Source of the DNA: Candidatus Poribacteria bacterium
GTDB lineage: Bacteria; Poribacteria; WGA-4E; WGA-3G
Direction of reading: 5' to 3'
NCBI GenBank assembly: GCA_964291315.2
Contig: OZ219753.1
Coordinates: forward strand, 3,072,001-3,136,000
Length of the DNA: 64,000 nt
Shown: positions 20,118 to 29,710 of the stretch, piece after piece
How positions within the stretch are numbered: position 1 is the stretch's first letter
Layout of the letters: each line of letters opens with the position of its first letter
Notes under the pieces: generated by a model
What the model was told of the DNA's origin: nothing
The model's input: the letters and a program-made list of their open reading frames with translations, nothing else
Database searches by the model: none
Position numbers and translations under genes: made by a program

Positions 20118-20945
20118 TTATTCGCCGGGCGTGTGCTTTTCCGCATCAGGAGAACCATCAAGCCATTTGAGGAAAATGTGGGGATCGTGAAAAACATAGA
20201 GTATCCTGTCAAAGAGAAAGGGGTCTTCGACGGCGATCCATAAAAGTCCGTCTTCTTCACCATGTTCTTCAAAGCGTATTTTTATCCACCTTATATCTTC
20301 CTCTTGATTCTCTCTAACGACAGAAATGAGGTGCATGAAGATACTGACGATATTTGTCCAATCGAAGGGAGAGAGTTTCTCTTTTTCTTCAACAATCCCT
20401 TTTTGGGCTAACCATTTTATGCCGTCTAGCTTGCTCAGTATAGTGGAGATACCGGGACGCTTATTAACGAAGGAACTCCCGCTGCGTTTTTCAGCTTCCA
20501 TACCCCAGTTCCCAGTTGCGATGAGGTGGATGAAAGCAAGTCCCTCATCTTGTATCTCTTCAGGAGTGGTGTAGAAAAATTGTTCCTGAAAGAATTTGAA
20601 GTAGCGAGCTCTTGGCGGCAAAGCGGTTTTCACGAATTGCTTGTGCGTTTTGAAGGGCGGGAGATCCTTTTCTGATTCCTTGAGATAACCGAAGTATTTG
20701 GGTGGATATGCCTGGGATAAAAACTGGAGATACGTTGGACTTTCAGAGAGTTCGCGCAAGGTTTTGAAGTTTTTATCGAGCAGTTTGCCCGGAAATCGCT
20801 GTTTCAGTGTGTCAAAAGCCGCTTTCTCTTGCGGTGTCGGTGGTTCTTCGGGATGTTTGTACGCTGACGCTGAGGTCAGTAGACAGAATGTCCCAAAAAA
20901 GAGGCAGAAAAGAAATAGGTAGAACGTTTTGTAAAGGCGTGTCAT
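20118..20945 (-). CDS. Secreted helical protein; paralog of 23545
   Basis: Signal peptide; HGEEDGLLWIA motif. Confidence 0.85.
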   Translation of the reverse strand: MTRLYKTFYLFLFCLFFGTFCLLTSASAYKHPEEPPTPQEKAAFDTLKQRFPGKLLDKNFKTLRELSESPTYLQFLSQAYPPKYFGYLKESEKDLPPFKTHKQFVKTALPPRARYFKFFQEQFFYTTPEEIQDEGLAFIHLIATGNWGMEAEKRSGSSFVNKRPGISTILSKLDGIKWLAQKGIVEEKEKLSPFDWTNIVSIFMHLISVVRENQEEDIRWIKIRFEEHGEEDGLLWIAVEDPFLFDRILYVFHDPHIFLKWLDGSPDAEKHTPGE

Positions 20946-21094
20946 GGTGAATCTCCTTGCTGAGCTTCAGATAAGGTGGTTATCATGCGTTGTTTCTGTT
21001 GTGGGCGCGTCTCCGTGGCGTATCCGATAAAAAGAGCAACACTGGCGATGAGGGCAAGACCACAGGCGATCGTTAAGAGATGCGTCGTTTTCAT
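20942..21094 (-). CDS. 50-aa single-TM small protein
   Basis: MKTTHLLTIACGLALIASVALFIGYATETRPQQKQRMITTLSEAQQGDSP; AAGGAG RBS; ATGA coupling to the next gene. Not in the ORF track. Confidence 0.7.
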   Translation of the reverse strand: MKTTHLLTIACGLALIASVALFIGYATETRPQQKQRMITTLSEAQQGDSP

Positions 21095-21095
21095 G

Positions 21096-22190
21096 TTAAT
21101 CGGTCTCCTTTTTAGAGCTCATGAGTCGTTGAAGGTGTGTCGCTATCTCGGGATCCGATACCTTTAGCCTGCGGAGGCCTTCTTCCCGACCGTAGCGTTT
21201 TAGCGTTTGCATCATCGTGTTGAACCGCTCGGGTGAAAAACGTTCTCGTAGCGTTTGTTGAAACGCCGTATCGGACGGAGCCTCCGGTATATCAGCAAAG
21301 AGGTTCTTCAGGAACTCTGCCTCAAGGGCTTCGGCAGTTTCGGGGCGCGGCTCAATGTCCGCGCGGCTCGGTAGCGTTTCACGGAGATGTTCGTTTTCCG
21401 GTGGAATGTCTACCTTTTCTTTCGTCTGTATTGTCTCTGAAACCGCAGCAGACGGTTCAACATCCGTAAAGCGAGCGGGGTCACGGGTGTCGCGGGACTC
21501 TGTTGTTTCGGCAAGAATGCTCGCAGCGTTCTTCTGGATGTCAGCTGCCCAGTCGTGCTCGCCCACACCGAGAAAATGTGCCAATACCCAACTACTGTGT
21601 CCTGGGGCTTTGCCAAACTCGGACATCACCGCGCTAATTTGTTCCAAAACCGCTTCGGAATCTGTCGGGTCTATCGCAGGGGCTTTCTGAAAGAGTTCTG
21701 CCAAGCGTTTTCGCATCATCGGTTCATAGGAGGCAAGGGAGCCGGTCGGGTAGTGCCGGCGGAAGCTATTTTCGTACATGTCCCGGTGCGATTCAACGCC
21801 TTGTGATTCAAGGTAGTCAAAGTAGAGTTTAAAGCTAAAACCGGGCGTCGCGAGCTGCTTTTTCATATATTCTTCATAAGCGGGGGCTTCCATCGCGCGC
21901 ATCAATTCTTGGACGTAAGGGTCTTCGTCTTGTTCCGTTTCCTCAAAAAATGTATTGAGTGTCTGACGCGTCCGTTCAGCAACTCGTGCTTCAGGGGTCG
22001 GCACAGCGGGGGCCGCTGTTTTTGGACCCTGGGTCATCTCAGGTGTCTCATCCAGAGTTCCTTTCGCCTCTTTGGAAATGGGGTCCGACGTGAGTTGCCT
22101 GTTTTCTGGCTTGAGAAGAAACCACCCGATTGTAGCGATGGCGAAGGCGATTGTCACAGCCACCAGCTGGAATATCAGTTTTTTCTTCAT
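21096..22190 (-). CDS. Membrane-anchored protein; paralog of 22500
   Basis: TM helix; C-terminal RYGREEGLRRLKVSDP. Confidence 0.85.
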   Translation of the reverse strand: MKKKLIFQLVAVTIAFAIATIGWFLLKPENRQLTSDPISKEAKGTLDETPEMTQGPKTAAPAVPTPEARVAERTRQTLNTFFEETEQDEDPYVQELMRAMEAPAYEEYMKKQLATPGFSFKLYFDYLESQGVESHRDMYENSFRRHYPTGSLASYEPMMRKRLAELFQKAPAIDPTDSEAVLEQISAVMSEFGKAPGHSSWVLAHFLGVGEHDWAADIQKNAASILAETTESRDTRDPARFTDVEPSAAVSETIQTKEKVDIPPENEHLRETLPSRADIEPRPETAEALEAEFLKNLFADIPEAPSDTAFQQTLRERFSPERFNTMMQTLKRYGREEGLRRLKVSDPEIATHLQRLMSSKKETD

Positions 22191-22212
22191 GGGATGTCTC
22201 CTTGTCTATGAC

Positions 22213-22251
22213 GGCGGGCAAGGGGGATTCACTTGGCTCCCCTTGCCCGCC
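22213..22251. other. GC-rich hairpin in the 5' leader of 22190
   Basis: ggcgggcaagggg/ccccttgcccgcc perfect 13-bp stem; no U tract. Confidence 0.6.
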
Positions 22252-22499
22252 AACAACACGGATAATGTGACCAATTATGATACTATTTGCTGAGTCAAGA
22301 TGTTTTTTTTCAAAACATCCACTATCTATTTACATCTTACAATATCCTTCGATCTGAGTCAAGAAAAAAGAACATAGCCAGGAAAAGGGACAAAAATGTC
22401 AAAAGTTTACGTTAGCACAAAGCACAGTGGGTCAAGGATATCTCCGACTCGATAGCACCAAGGAGAACGGCACAGCCAACGATGAGGGGGATCGTTCTC

Positions 22500-23534
22500 C
22501 TATTTCTTCGGAACCAGACGTTCGAGGTGTTTTGCGATGTCTGGGTCTGATTTCTGAAGTCTACGGAGGCCTTCTTCCGGACCGTAGCGGCCTAAAATCT
22601 GCAGTGCGGTATTGACCCGCTGCGGTGCGAATGCAGTGCGAAGAGATTTTTCAAAGCTGTCTTCTGCCGGTATTGGATCCGGGTGCCCTGTGACAACCGA
22701 GTCGAGCAGCTTTCGGATTTCTGTCTCAACATCAAAGTCTTCGGTAATCAGATCACTGTTTTCGGGCAGCGGTGGTATCGTGTTTGGGACAGCAGGATCC
22801 GATGTTTCTGTAGAGCGTTCCTCGTCGAAACGGACATCCGTCCGTTCGGTTTCTGTGGTGAAAATCGGGGGCGGTGGCTCTCCAACATCCGCTGTTTTTG
22901 CGTCGGGTGCATAATTTATGAGGGTGTCTACCGTCCAGTTTGCGAAAGCGTCCAGGTCGGTTTGGAAATATACGTACCCCCAGGCGTTGTATACCGGATC
23001 CGAGACAAAATCAATCACGACTTCGAAGACATCCATATCCCCTTCTTCCATGTAGTCATGTAATGTTTGGCGCATCTGTGGCAGAACGGATGCCGGGGTC
23101 TCTGTAGGGAAGGCTTCTTGAAAAACGTCTTCATGCACCTTCATGATTGATTTTGAGACATCGGGGGCCCCTTGTGATGCCAGGAACTCGTAGAACTCCA
23201 AGCTTGTATAATGCTCTCTTTCCATAAATGCAGCGAACTCGGGAGAGTCCATAATCTCTAACATTTTTTGTGCTGCGGGAGTTGCGAGTTGTTCTGTTGA
23301 GAAAACGGCATGGACCCCCTGTTTTACCGTTTCTGCTTTACTCAGTTTTTCCGTGCGTTCTTGTGTGCTTTCTGTCCCGCCCGTGGTTGTACCTTCCTGT
23401 TGTGTGGGGACCTGCTTACGGGTTGCCGTGCGGTGCGTGTCTTGTAAGAGCTTGTCTTCGGTGTGTTCCTTCCAGAAAAGGAAACCGGCGAAGGCTGCGA
23501 GAATGATTCCGAGGATCAGCAGATGTTTCCACAT
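22500..23534 (-). CDS. Membrane-anchored protein; paralog of 21096
   Basis: TM helix; RYGPEEGLRRLQKSDP. Confidence 0.85.
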   Translation of the reverse strand: MWKHLLILGIILAAFAGFLFWKEHTEDKLLQDTHRTATRKQVPTQQEGTTTGGTESTQERTEKLSKAETVKQGVHAVFSTEQLATPAAQKMLEIMDSPEFAAFMEREHYTSLEFYEFLASQGAPDVSKSIMKVHEDVFQEAFPTETPASVLPQMRQTLHDYMEEGDMDVFEVVIDFVSDPVYNAWGYVYFQTDLDAFANWTVDTLINYAPDAKTADVGEPPPPIFTTETERTDVRFDEERSTETSDPAVPNTIPPLPENSDLITEDFDVETEIRKLLDSVVTGHPDPIPAEDSFEKSLRTAFAPQRVNTALQILGRYGPEEGLRRLQKSDPDIAKHLERLVPKK

Positions 23535-23544
23535 GAGAGTTCTC

Positions 23545-24417
23545 CTATAACTGGTCTAATGCGGTGAGTTTTTTTACAATGTCCGTTTGCTCAACCCATT
23601 GTAAAAATAGATCCGTCTTCGGGAAGCTTGAGAGAATTTCACCGGTGAGTATCGGTTTTTGAAGGGCTATCCACAACAACCCATCCTCTTGTCCGTGTGC
23701 TTCAAATTGTGCCTGTATCCAAGCAGTGTCTGATTTTCGCGTCTCTGTTGCGAATCTTTCAACTTGCAAGTAGAAGGCGACCCACTTTTCTTCATTTACC
23801 CCTGACAGTCTGTGGTTGATCCAATTGCTGATCGGACCCTTCTTGATGAAAATACTTGTTTTTGCCTTGATGACATCTCGCAGCGCTTTCCGGTCGCGCG
23901 TCTGCTCTGCATGCATCATGAGCATATCAATTTTTAGGTAGAGCCGTGTTAACAGATGGATGCCTTGAACATCTGCATCGTTGACGTTCTCAAAGTGTTG
24001 GTTCAAGAAGTCTCGGTATCTGTCTTCTGGGGGCGAGGCGACCTTCAGAAAATCCGCAAGTGTCTCAAACGGTTTTTCTGTCGGGTGTGCTTGCCTGAGA
24101 AAATCCAGATAGACGCTAGTGTTTGTCAGCGCTTTTAGGGTTTTGAAGTCGTCATCTAAAATCGGATTTTTGAACTTGCCGCGCAGTTGCGTGAAAGTTT
24201 TTTGAAACAGCTTCGCCTCTGCGGTGTCGTTCTGCACGGCGCCCGTTTCGTTTGTGTTTCTGTCAGGCACGATGTTAGAGGCTTGTGCATAAGCCGCATT
24301 TATGTCCATGCCATTCTGGTATCTTGCGAATAGACCTGTGAACGTGAAAAGTAGAAGCAGTCCCGCTGCTGTAGCTGTAAGTGTGCGGAACAAACGGAGG
24401 TTTTTCATAATATTCAT
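23545..24417 (-). CDS. Exported helical protein; paralog of 20118
   Basis: Hydrophobic N-terminus; HGQEDGLLWIA. Confidence 0.85.
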   Translation of the reverse strand: MNIMKNLRLFRTLTATAAGLLLLFTFTGLFARYQNGMDINAAYAQASNIVPDRNTNETGAVQNDTAEAKLFQKTFTQLRGKFKNPILDDDFKTLKALTNTSVYLDFLRQAHPTEKPFETLADFLKVASPPEDRYRDFLNQHFENVNDADVQGIHLLTRLYLKIDMLMMHAEQTRDRKALRDVIKAKTSIFIKKGPISNWINHRLSGVNEEKWVAFYLQVERFATETRKSDTAWIQAQFEAHGQEDGLLWIALQKPILTGEILSSFPKTDLFLQWVEQTDIVKKLTALDQL

Positions 24418-24715
24418 TTTTGAATGTCTCCACTGTTTTGAAGGATTTGCGCCTGTGGCAATCCTGCCGTTGTTATAGCGGGCTGTCTGCTTTTATATCT
24501 GTCTTTATGATACAACAGAAAACCAGCGCTGTTTATCGGTGCTCAACTCATCATCGGCAGTGCTTCGCGAAGGCGGTGTGAGTCACCCATCACTCAAGGT
24601 TGCATACCGATCCATCAAAAAACACTGCGGCATTCCCACCCAGCTCTTTGCACTGCGCTTTCCCCACGGAACCAGGCGGGTGCGAACAGAACCGGATCGG
24701 AAGCGGTGCAACTCT

Positions 24716-24846
24716 GACGAATCTCGCGTTCGTCCCTGCTATTTATATATATACACTTCATCCCTAAAAGTTTAGTTTTTTTTTATTTCTGTATAACTAC
24801 AAGGTCGAGGTCGAGGTACATGAAGACGCTGACGATATCTGTCTAA
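24716..24846 (-). repeat. Second copy of the 19901 repeat/promoter
   Basis: Direct sequence match to 19901-20026. Confidence 0.9.
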
Positions 24847-24974
24847 GCTGAACCGGAGCGTCTCTCTTTTTCTTCCACAATCCCCCTTTGGGCTAACCAT
24901 TTTATGCCGTCTAGCTTGCTCAGTGTAGTGGAGATACTAGGACGCTTATTAACGAAGGAACTCCCGCTGCGTTT
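24813..24974 (-). pseudogene. Internal fragment of the 20118 gene
   Basis: gggctaaccattttatgccgtctagcttgctcagt..ggacgcttattaacgaaggaactcccgctgcgttt matches 20328-20489. Confidence 0.85.
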
Positions 24975-25545
24975 CTTACCTAAAAACACCAACATTGGCA
25001 ATGAGGGCAAGGCTACAAACAACAGTTAATTAACAAAATTGTTGTTAAATCGGAAACACTGTAGGGTATCGCTAGGGCAATTTCCGGCGATCTTCACTAT
25101 ATATATCACCTATAAAGAGAAAAAGTTAATAGTATATCTAGATTTTTTGCTTTTTTTTAATTCAGCCAATTCCGCAATTTAGCTCGAAGTTACGGAGAAA
25201 CGTTAGCATCACAAATGTGAGTTGGTCAATCCTTAGGTATTTCTTTGGTTAATAGATAGAATACCTTTGATATCACAAAGTTATTATATCTTTCCCCACA
25301 GCCGTTCTCTCAGGTGTATTATATCATGCTTCCGTAAAATAGGAGCGGCTTTTTCCGCTATCCGAAAAAATAACAACGCCTGTTGGAAACACTGCCTTTA
25401 TCGTTCCTCTTCCTACATCCTACCGTTCTGAGGTGCTCGGTTATGTAATTTTTCTAAGAGAGATGCCATCGTTTTCAGTGCCGGATACAGTTCAAAATAC
25501 TAAGTCCTCCCGAAAAGGCACCTGAGAGCGACGGCTTTTCCCATT

Positions 25546-27282
25546 TCAACGTCTCGTCTGCATTTCTGTGAACTGTTTCTGAAATAATCCGTGGTAGACC
25601 CCTCGGCGTTGGATCAAATCCGCATGGGTGCCGGTTTCAACAAGTCTGCCCGCACTCAGCATAAGGATCTTATCCGCAGCCAGAATCGTCGAGAGCCGGT
25701 GGGCTATCACAAAGCTGGTTCGTCCTCTCATCAGACGCATCAACGCCTCCTGCACTAACGCCTCCGACTCCGCGTCTAAAGCAGATGTCGCTTCGTCTAA
25801 GATGAGGATCTTTGGATCTCTGATGAGAACACGCGCAATAGCAAGCCTTTGCTGCTCACCGCCAGACAGCTGAACGCCACGCTCACCTACTCGAGTCTCG
25901 TATTGTTCTCGAGACTTCATGATGAAGTCGTGGGCGTTTGCTGACTTCGCCGCAGCGACAACCGCCTCGTGTGACACCGCCTCCGGATCCGCCGCCCCTA
26001 AGCGGATATTGTAGGCGATGCTCTCATTGAACAGATAAGGGGTCTGGAAAACAATACCTATCTGCGAACGAAGCGATTGAACCTGTATCTCATTGATAGG
26101 AACATTGTCTATCAAAATAGTGCCACGCTGGGGCTCATAAAAGCGCGGAATGAGACGGATGAGGGTACTTTTTCCCGCACCGCTGGGACCAACTATCGCG
26201 ACAGTTTCCCCAGGGTCTGCTTGGAAGCGAATCTCTTTCAAAACAGGAGCTGCCGTGTCATACCCAAAAGAGACGTTAGAGAACTCGACGTGTCCTTGGA
26301 TCTGTTTTATAGGGGTTCCTGTTTGAGGTTCTTCTCGGTTTTCATCAAAGAACGCGAAGACCCGCCGGGCTGCAACCAAGACCCCCGGGATACGAAGGTG
26401 AAGACTTATAAGAGAACGCACGGGCTGATATACGCAATCAAACCACATAACGATGGCAAAGAGTTCTCCAACAGTAACCGCCTCGCGCAGCACATAACTG
26501 CCACCGACCAGAAATACCAAAGCACGCCCTATCCAAGACAAGAGTTGCGATACATTCCCGACCTGTTGGAGGGTGACCTGTTTGATACGGGTGGCCACCA
26601 GCTGCTTGAGGAAGTGATGGCGTTTTTTTAAATCGTAGAGCTCTTTTCCCAATCCTTTGAGTTCACTGGAACCAGCAATGCTTTCTTGTAAGCCCCCTGA
26701 TAGCAAAGCGTTTTGCTCTTGAACTGTCTCCCCGATTCGACGGAGCGGTTTTTCTAAAAAAATTGGGAGTAAGACATTTATGAAGGAAATAAACAGCGTG
26801 AACAGACCTAACTGCCAATTCACGGATGTCATCGTGATGAGGGTTATAATCAGTAAGATGATATTGATCGGGTAGTCACCCGCAAACACGCCAAACCCTT
26901 GCAGGGCTTTTGGAATATCCGATGTAAATATCGCCATCACTTTCCCTATAGGATGGGCATCGTAGAATCGGAATCCTAATTTTCGCAGGTGCTGATAGGC
27001 TGCCAATTGGAGGTCCTTCTTGCCATTTTCTGAGACTTTTGTAGGAAAATAGACAAATCCAAGTGTAAGGATATACATACCAAGTGCTATTAATCCCCAG
27101 AGTCCACAAAACGGCAGCAACCTGCTTGGGTTTTGGGCAATAAAAACATCATCGATGAGCATTTTTTCGATCCAGGGATGAACGAGATATCCACTCCAAT
27201 AACCGAGCGCGCAGAGAATATAAAACACCTGGAAATACCAATACGGTTTCAGATAGGCCAACAGCCGCAAAACATATTTCAC
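25546..27282 (-). CDS. MsbA/Sav1866-type ABC exporter (TMD+NBD)
   Basis: GPSGAGKST, LSGGEQQR, ILDEATSALD, AHRLST; six TM helices. Confidence 0.93.
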   Translation of the reverse strand: MKYVLRLLAYLKPYWYFQVFYILCALGYWSGYLVHPWIEKMLIDDVFIAQNPSRLLPFCGLWGLIALGMYILTLGFVYFPTKVSENGKKDLQLAAYQHLRKLGFRFYDAHPIGKVMAIFTSDIPKALQGFGVFAGDYPINIILLIITLITMTSVNWQLGLFTLFISFINVLLPIFLEKPLRRIGETVQEQNALLSGGLQESIAGSSELKGLGKELYDLKKRHHFLKQLVATRIKQVTLQQVGNVSQLLSWIGRALVFLVGGSYVLREAVTVGELFAIVMWFDCVYQPVRSLISLHLRIPGVLVAARRVFAFFDENREEPQTGTPIKQIQGHVEFSNVSFGYDTAAPVLKEIRFQADPGETVAIVGPSGAGKSTLIRLIPRFYEPQRGTILIDNVPINEIQVQSLRSQIGIVFQTPYLFNESIAYNIRLGAADPEAVSHEAVVAAAKSANAHDFIMKSREQYETRVGERGVQLSGGEQQRLAIARVLIRDPKILILDEATSALDAESEALVQEALMRLMRGRTSFVIAHRLSTILAADKILMLSAGRLVETGTHADLIQRRGVYHGLFQKQFTEMQTRR

Positions 27283-27823
27283 ATCATGCCCCTTTCAGAC
27301 TAGAAAATAGGCATTAGAGAACTGAGGCAAAAACGTCCTTAACCAGACTTCAACGGATAAAGCTCAACTTCATATTAACAGAAGCCGAAAAATAGCGTGC
27401 CGGAGCAAAACACCTAATTTGTAACTGCGCAGTTCTTCTTCCGATCAGTTTGGGTTAACAAAGCCTAACTTAGTGAGGATCGGATGCCTTGCCAAATCAT
27501 TATCTTCATTTTCATTGACTAATCCCTGGCGATGAAAATACAAGAAGTTGGCTCCATTTGACTTCAACTGCACGAAATCAGGCACGCTGCGCATCATGGG
27601 TTTCATAAAGCTGTACTTTATCTGCTGAGGCTACCTCTTGAAGTACAACGGATTCATTCTAATTGAGGTAAAGTCATTTGACAACAATTTTTTAGAAGAG
27701 GCAGCAAATATCCGTGTCGACATCAAATTTTGTGGTGGACATTTTATATGTTAAAGCTCCTATTTTGAGCAGTCCGTTCTGCTATCGCCCGCCTGCTCTT
27801 TTTTGAAAAATACGGATCTGACG

Positions 27824-27864
27824 AAAAAAGCTAAACTTTTCGGACTGAAAGGGATATATTAAAT
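27824..27864 (+). promoter_or_regulatory. Repeated ECF-like promoter motif
   Basis: AAAAAAGCTAAAC-N15-GGATATATTA. Confidence 0.55.
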
Positions 27865-28509
27865 GACAGGACGAGAATTGTTTGTAGTCTCTGTCGGACC
27901 GTTTCCCACTCATCCTGTTCCGTTCCCACCCACCCTGTTTCTTGGCGGAAGCGCGGTGCATTGAGGGGCGTGCCGGCCCCTCTCCTTTGTTTTAGGGAGC
28001 GATGAATATCTATAGAAAGTATCTAGGAAATACGCCCCCAGAGGATACCGACCACAACGGTCTCAGTTCACCTTTTTTTGACAACCAACGTGCAGCTGAT
28101 ATATAGTTTACGGAAACAGAACTGTCGGAGACACCAGGGATTCGTTTCTGTCGGCTTCCTCATCGTTTAGCTATTGATATAGAGCCACCTGTGCGCGACG
28201 CAAAACGGTACGGTTTCTTTATCGACAAAAACGCATCGCATTTTTCCGCGGAAACAAAGTATCCTCAAAGCGTTCGGATGAAAGAAACGTTATCAGCTGC
28301 AAACGTTGTTGCTGCTAGTTGGAACTACAGCACCTAACTCAACGTCTTGATCGTTGTTAAAACCATTACAGAACCCAACTAACTATAGCTAGCACTGGGT
28401 ACACTTACTGATGGGTCTTCCGCAGATGTTCGCGTTTCATTGGCGTATGTCCGTAGATGTGCGAATGATTATCTAAATCGGCGAGGACTATTGTTCTAGA
28501 CCAATTTTC

Positions 28510-28538
28510 TTGACAAAAAACGTGTATTTGTGTAGAAT
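28510..28538 (+). promoter_or_regulatory. sigma70 promoter, homologous to the 18660 promoter
   Basis: TTGACA-N17-TAGAAT. Confidence 0.7.
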
Positions 28539-28816
28539 GAGAGAATAACGTAAAGTGCCGCGTTTTTGGAAGTGGCAGCCGCTCAGAGATTTTCAGCGGT
28601 GCGTAGAAAGTGTTCTCATTGCAAGTCGACGTGGATATGCCTGCCACAGCCCAACGCGGATAGTGCATACCGAAAGCAACTCATAAACGTTGCACAAGTT
28701 GTGCGTTTTTCGGTGACCACCTCACATTGATAACCAGCGGAGTACCAAGGAGGTAAAATACTTTTCAGATTTTGCCTTCCATACAGCAATCCACGAAAAT
28801 AAGGAGAACACAACAA

Positions 28817-29674
28817 ATGCTTTTTATTTCACGCCCTATCATCACACTGTTGATTCTAGCCGTCGTCAGTTCATCCATTTTTTTCATAGCCCCCGTCGAA
28901 AATACTGAGGCACATCCGTATGAAGGCCATTCTCACATCTATGAGGTAGCTGCTTCTCCGTGGGCAGAGCATCTCGAAACGTTTCAACAACTCCTTCGGG
29001 CAGATCCGAAAGCCGCGCGCATCGAACTTCAGAACGTCGCGGAAGACCTTTTCGGAGAACACACGCTCCGCGAGGAATGGGTCGTGCTTTTCTTCCGAAT
29101 CAGCAAAGACGGAACTAAAGACATCTCGGATGTTCAGCGCTTACATGAACTCGAAATCCGGATGCTGACAGCGATTGATGCCAAAAAGTACGCACAGCAA
29201 ATACAGCAGCATCAAGAAGCACTTGCCGACTTGACAGAACCCGACGCTGTTTTGGGCGATGAGGATCTAAAAGCCCCCATCGATGCAGAACCGCCTCCCT
29301 TGTCGCAAACAACGTCAAAAACAATATCGGATATCGCATACAAAACGTTTTTTCAACTTGTAGCCGACAACAAAGAAGCAGCAAATGCCATGCTTGACAT
29401 TTATGCCTTAATTTCCTTTGAGAACCATCCGCTCTCCAAAGAGTGGAAAACACTCTTTTATCAACTCTGCCGGAACCAGGAAGCCACTCACTCTGAAGCG
29501 AGTCGTCTCTTTGAGTTAAGAAAGCAGATGCTGACAGACAATGACCCGAAGAAGTATGCAAAGGAAATCAAACGTTTATCTGGTATGCTCAACAAAATGA
29601 AACTCACGCAGAAATTACTCGAACGCCACGGTGAGGCAGATGAGAAATTCCCATTTACCGTCGCGCCGGAATAA
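28817..29674 (+). CDS. Exported helical protein with a duplicated domain; paralog of 11604
   Basis: AAGGAG before ATG 28817; signal-like N-terminus; strong similarity to 11604. Confidence 0.85.
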   Translation: MLFISRPIITLLILAVVSSSIFFIAPVENTEAHPYEGHSHIYEVAASPWAEHLETFQQLLRADPKAARIELQNVAEDLFGEHTLREEWVVLFFRISKDGTKDISDVQRLHELEIRMLTAIDAKKYAQQIQQHQEALADLTEPDAVLGDEDLKAPIDAEPPPLSQTTSKTISDIAYKTFFQLVADNKEAANAMLDIYALISFENHPLSKEWKTLFYQLCRNQEATHSEASRLFELRKQMLTDNDPKKYAKEIKRLSGMLNKMKLTQKLLERHGEADEKFPFTVAPE

Positions 29675-29710
29675 GACCGCACAGGCAAATCAAAAAAAGG
29701 GGGGACATCC

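Noticed and set aside
24560-24715. Cobalamin or other known riboswitch
   Set aside because: A GGGAA is present but no B12 box or other conserved elements, and the gene context does not fit.
25546-27282. ABC exporter as a split PCAT partner of the C39 peptidase
   Set aside because: Both the peptidase and the precursor have Sec-type signals, so cytoplasmic PCAT-style coupling is not supported; the exporter's substrate is unknown.
27445-27723. Minus-strand 92-codon frame interrupted by TAG at 27631
   Set aside because: No recognisable motif or paralog; could be a chance frame or a decayed gene.
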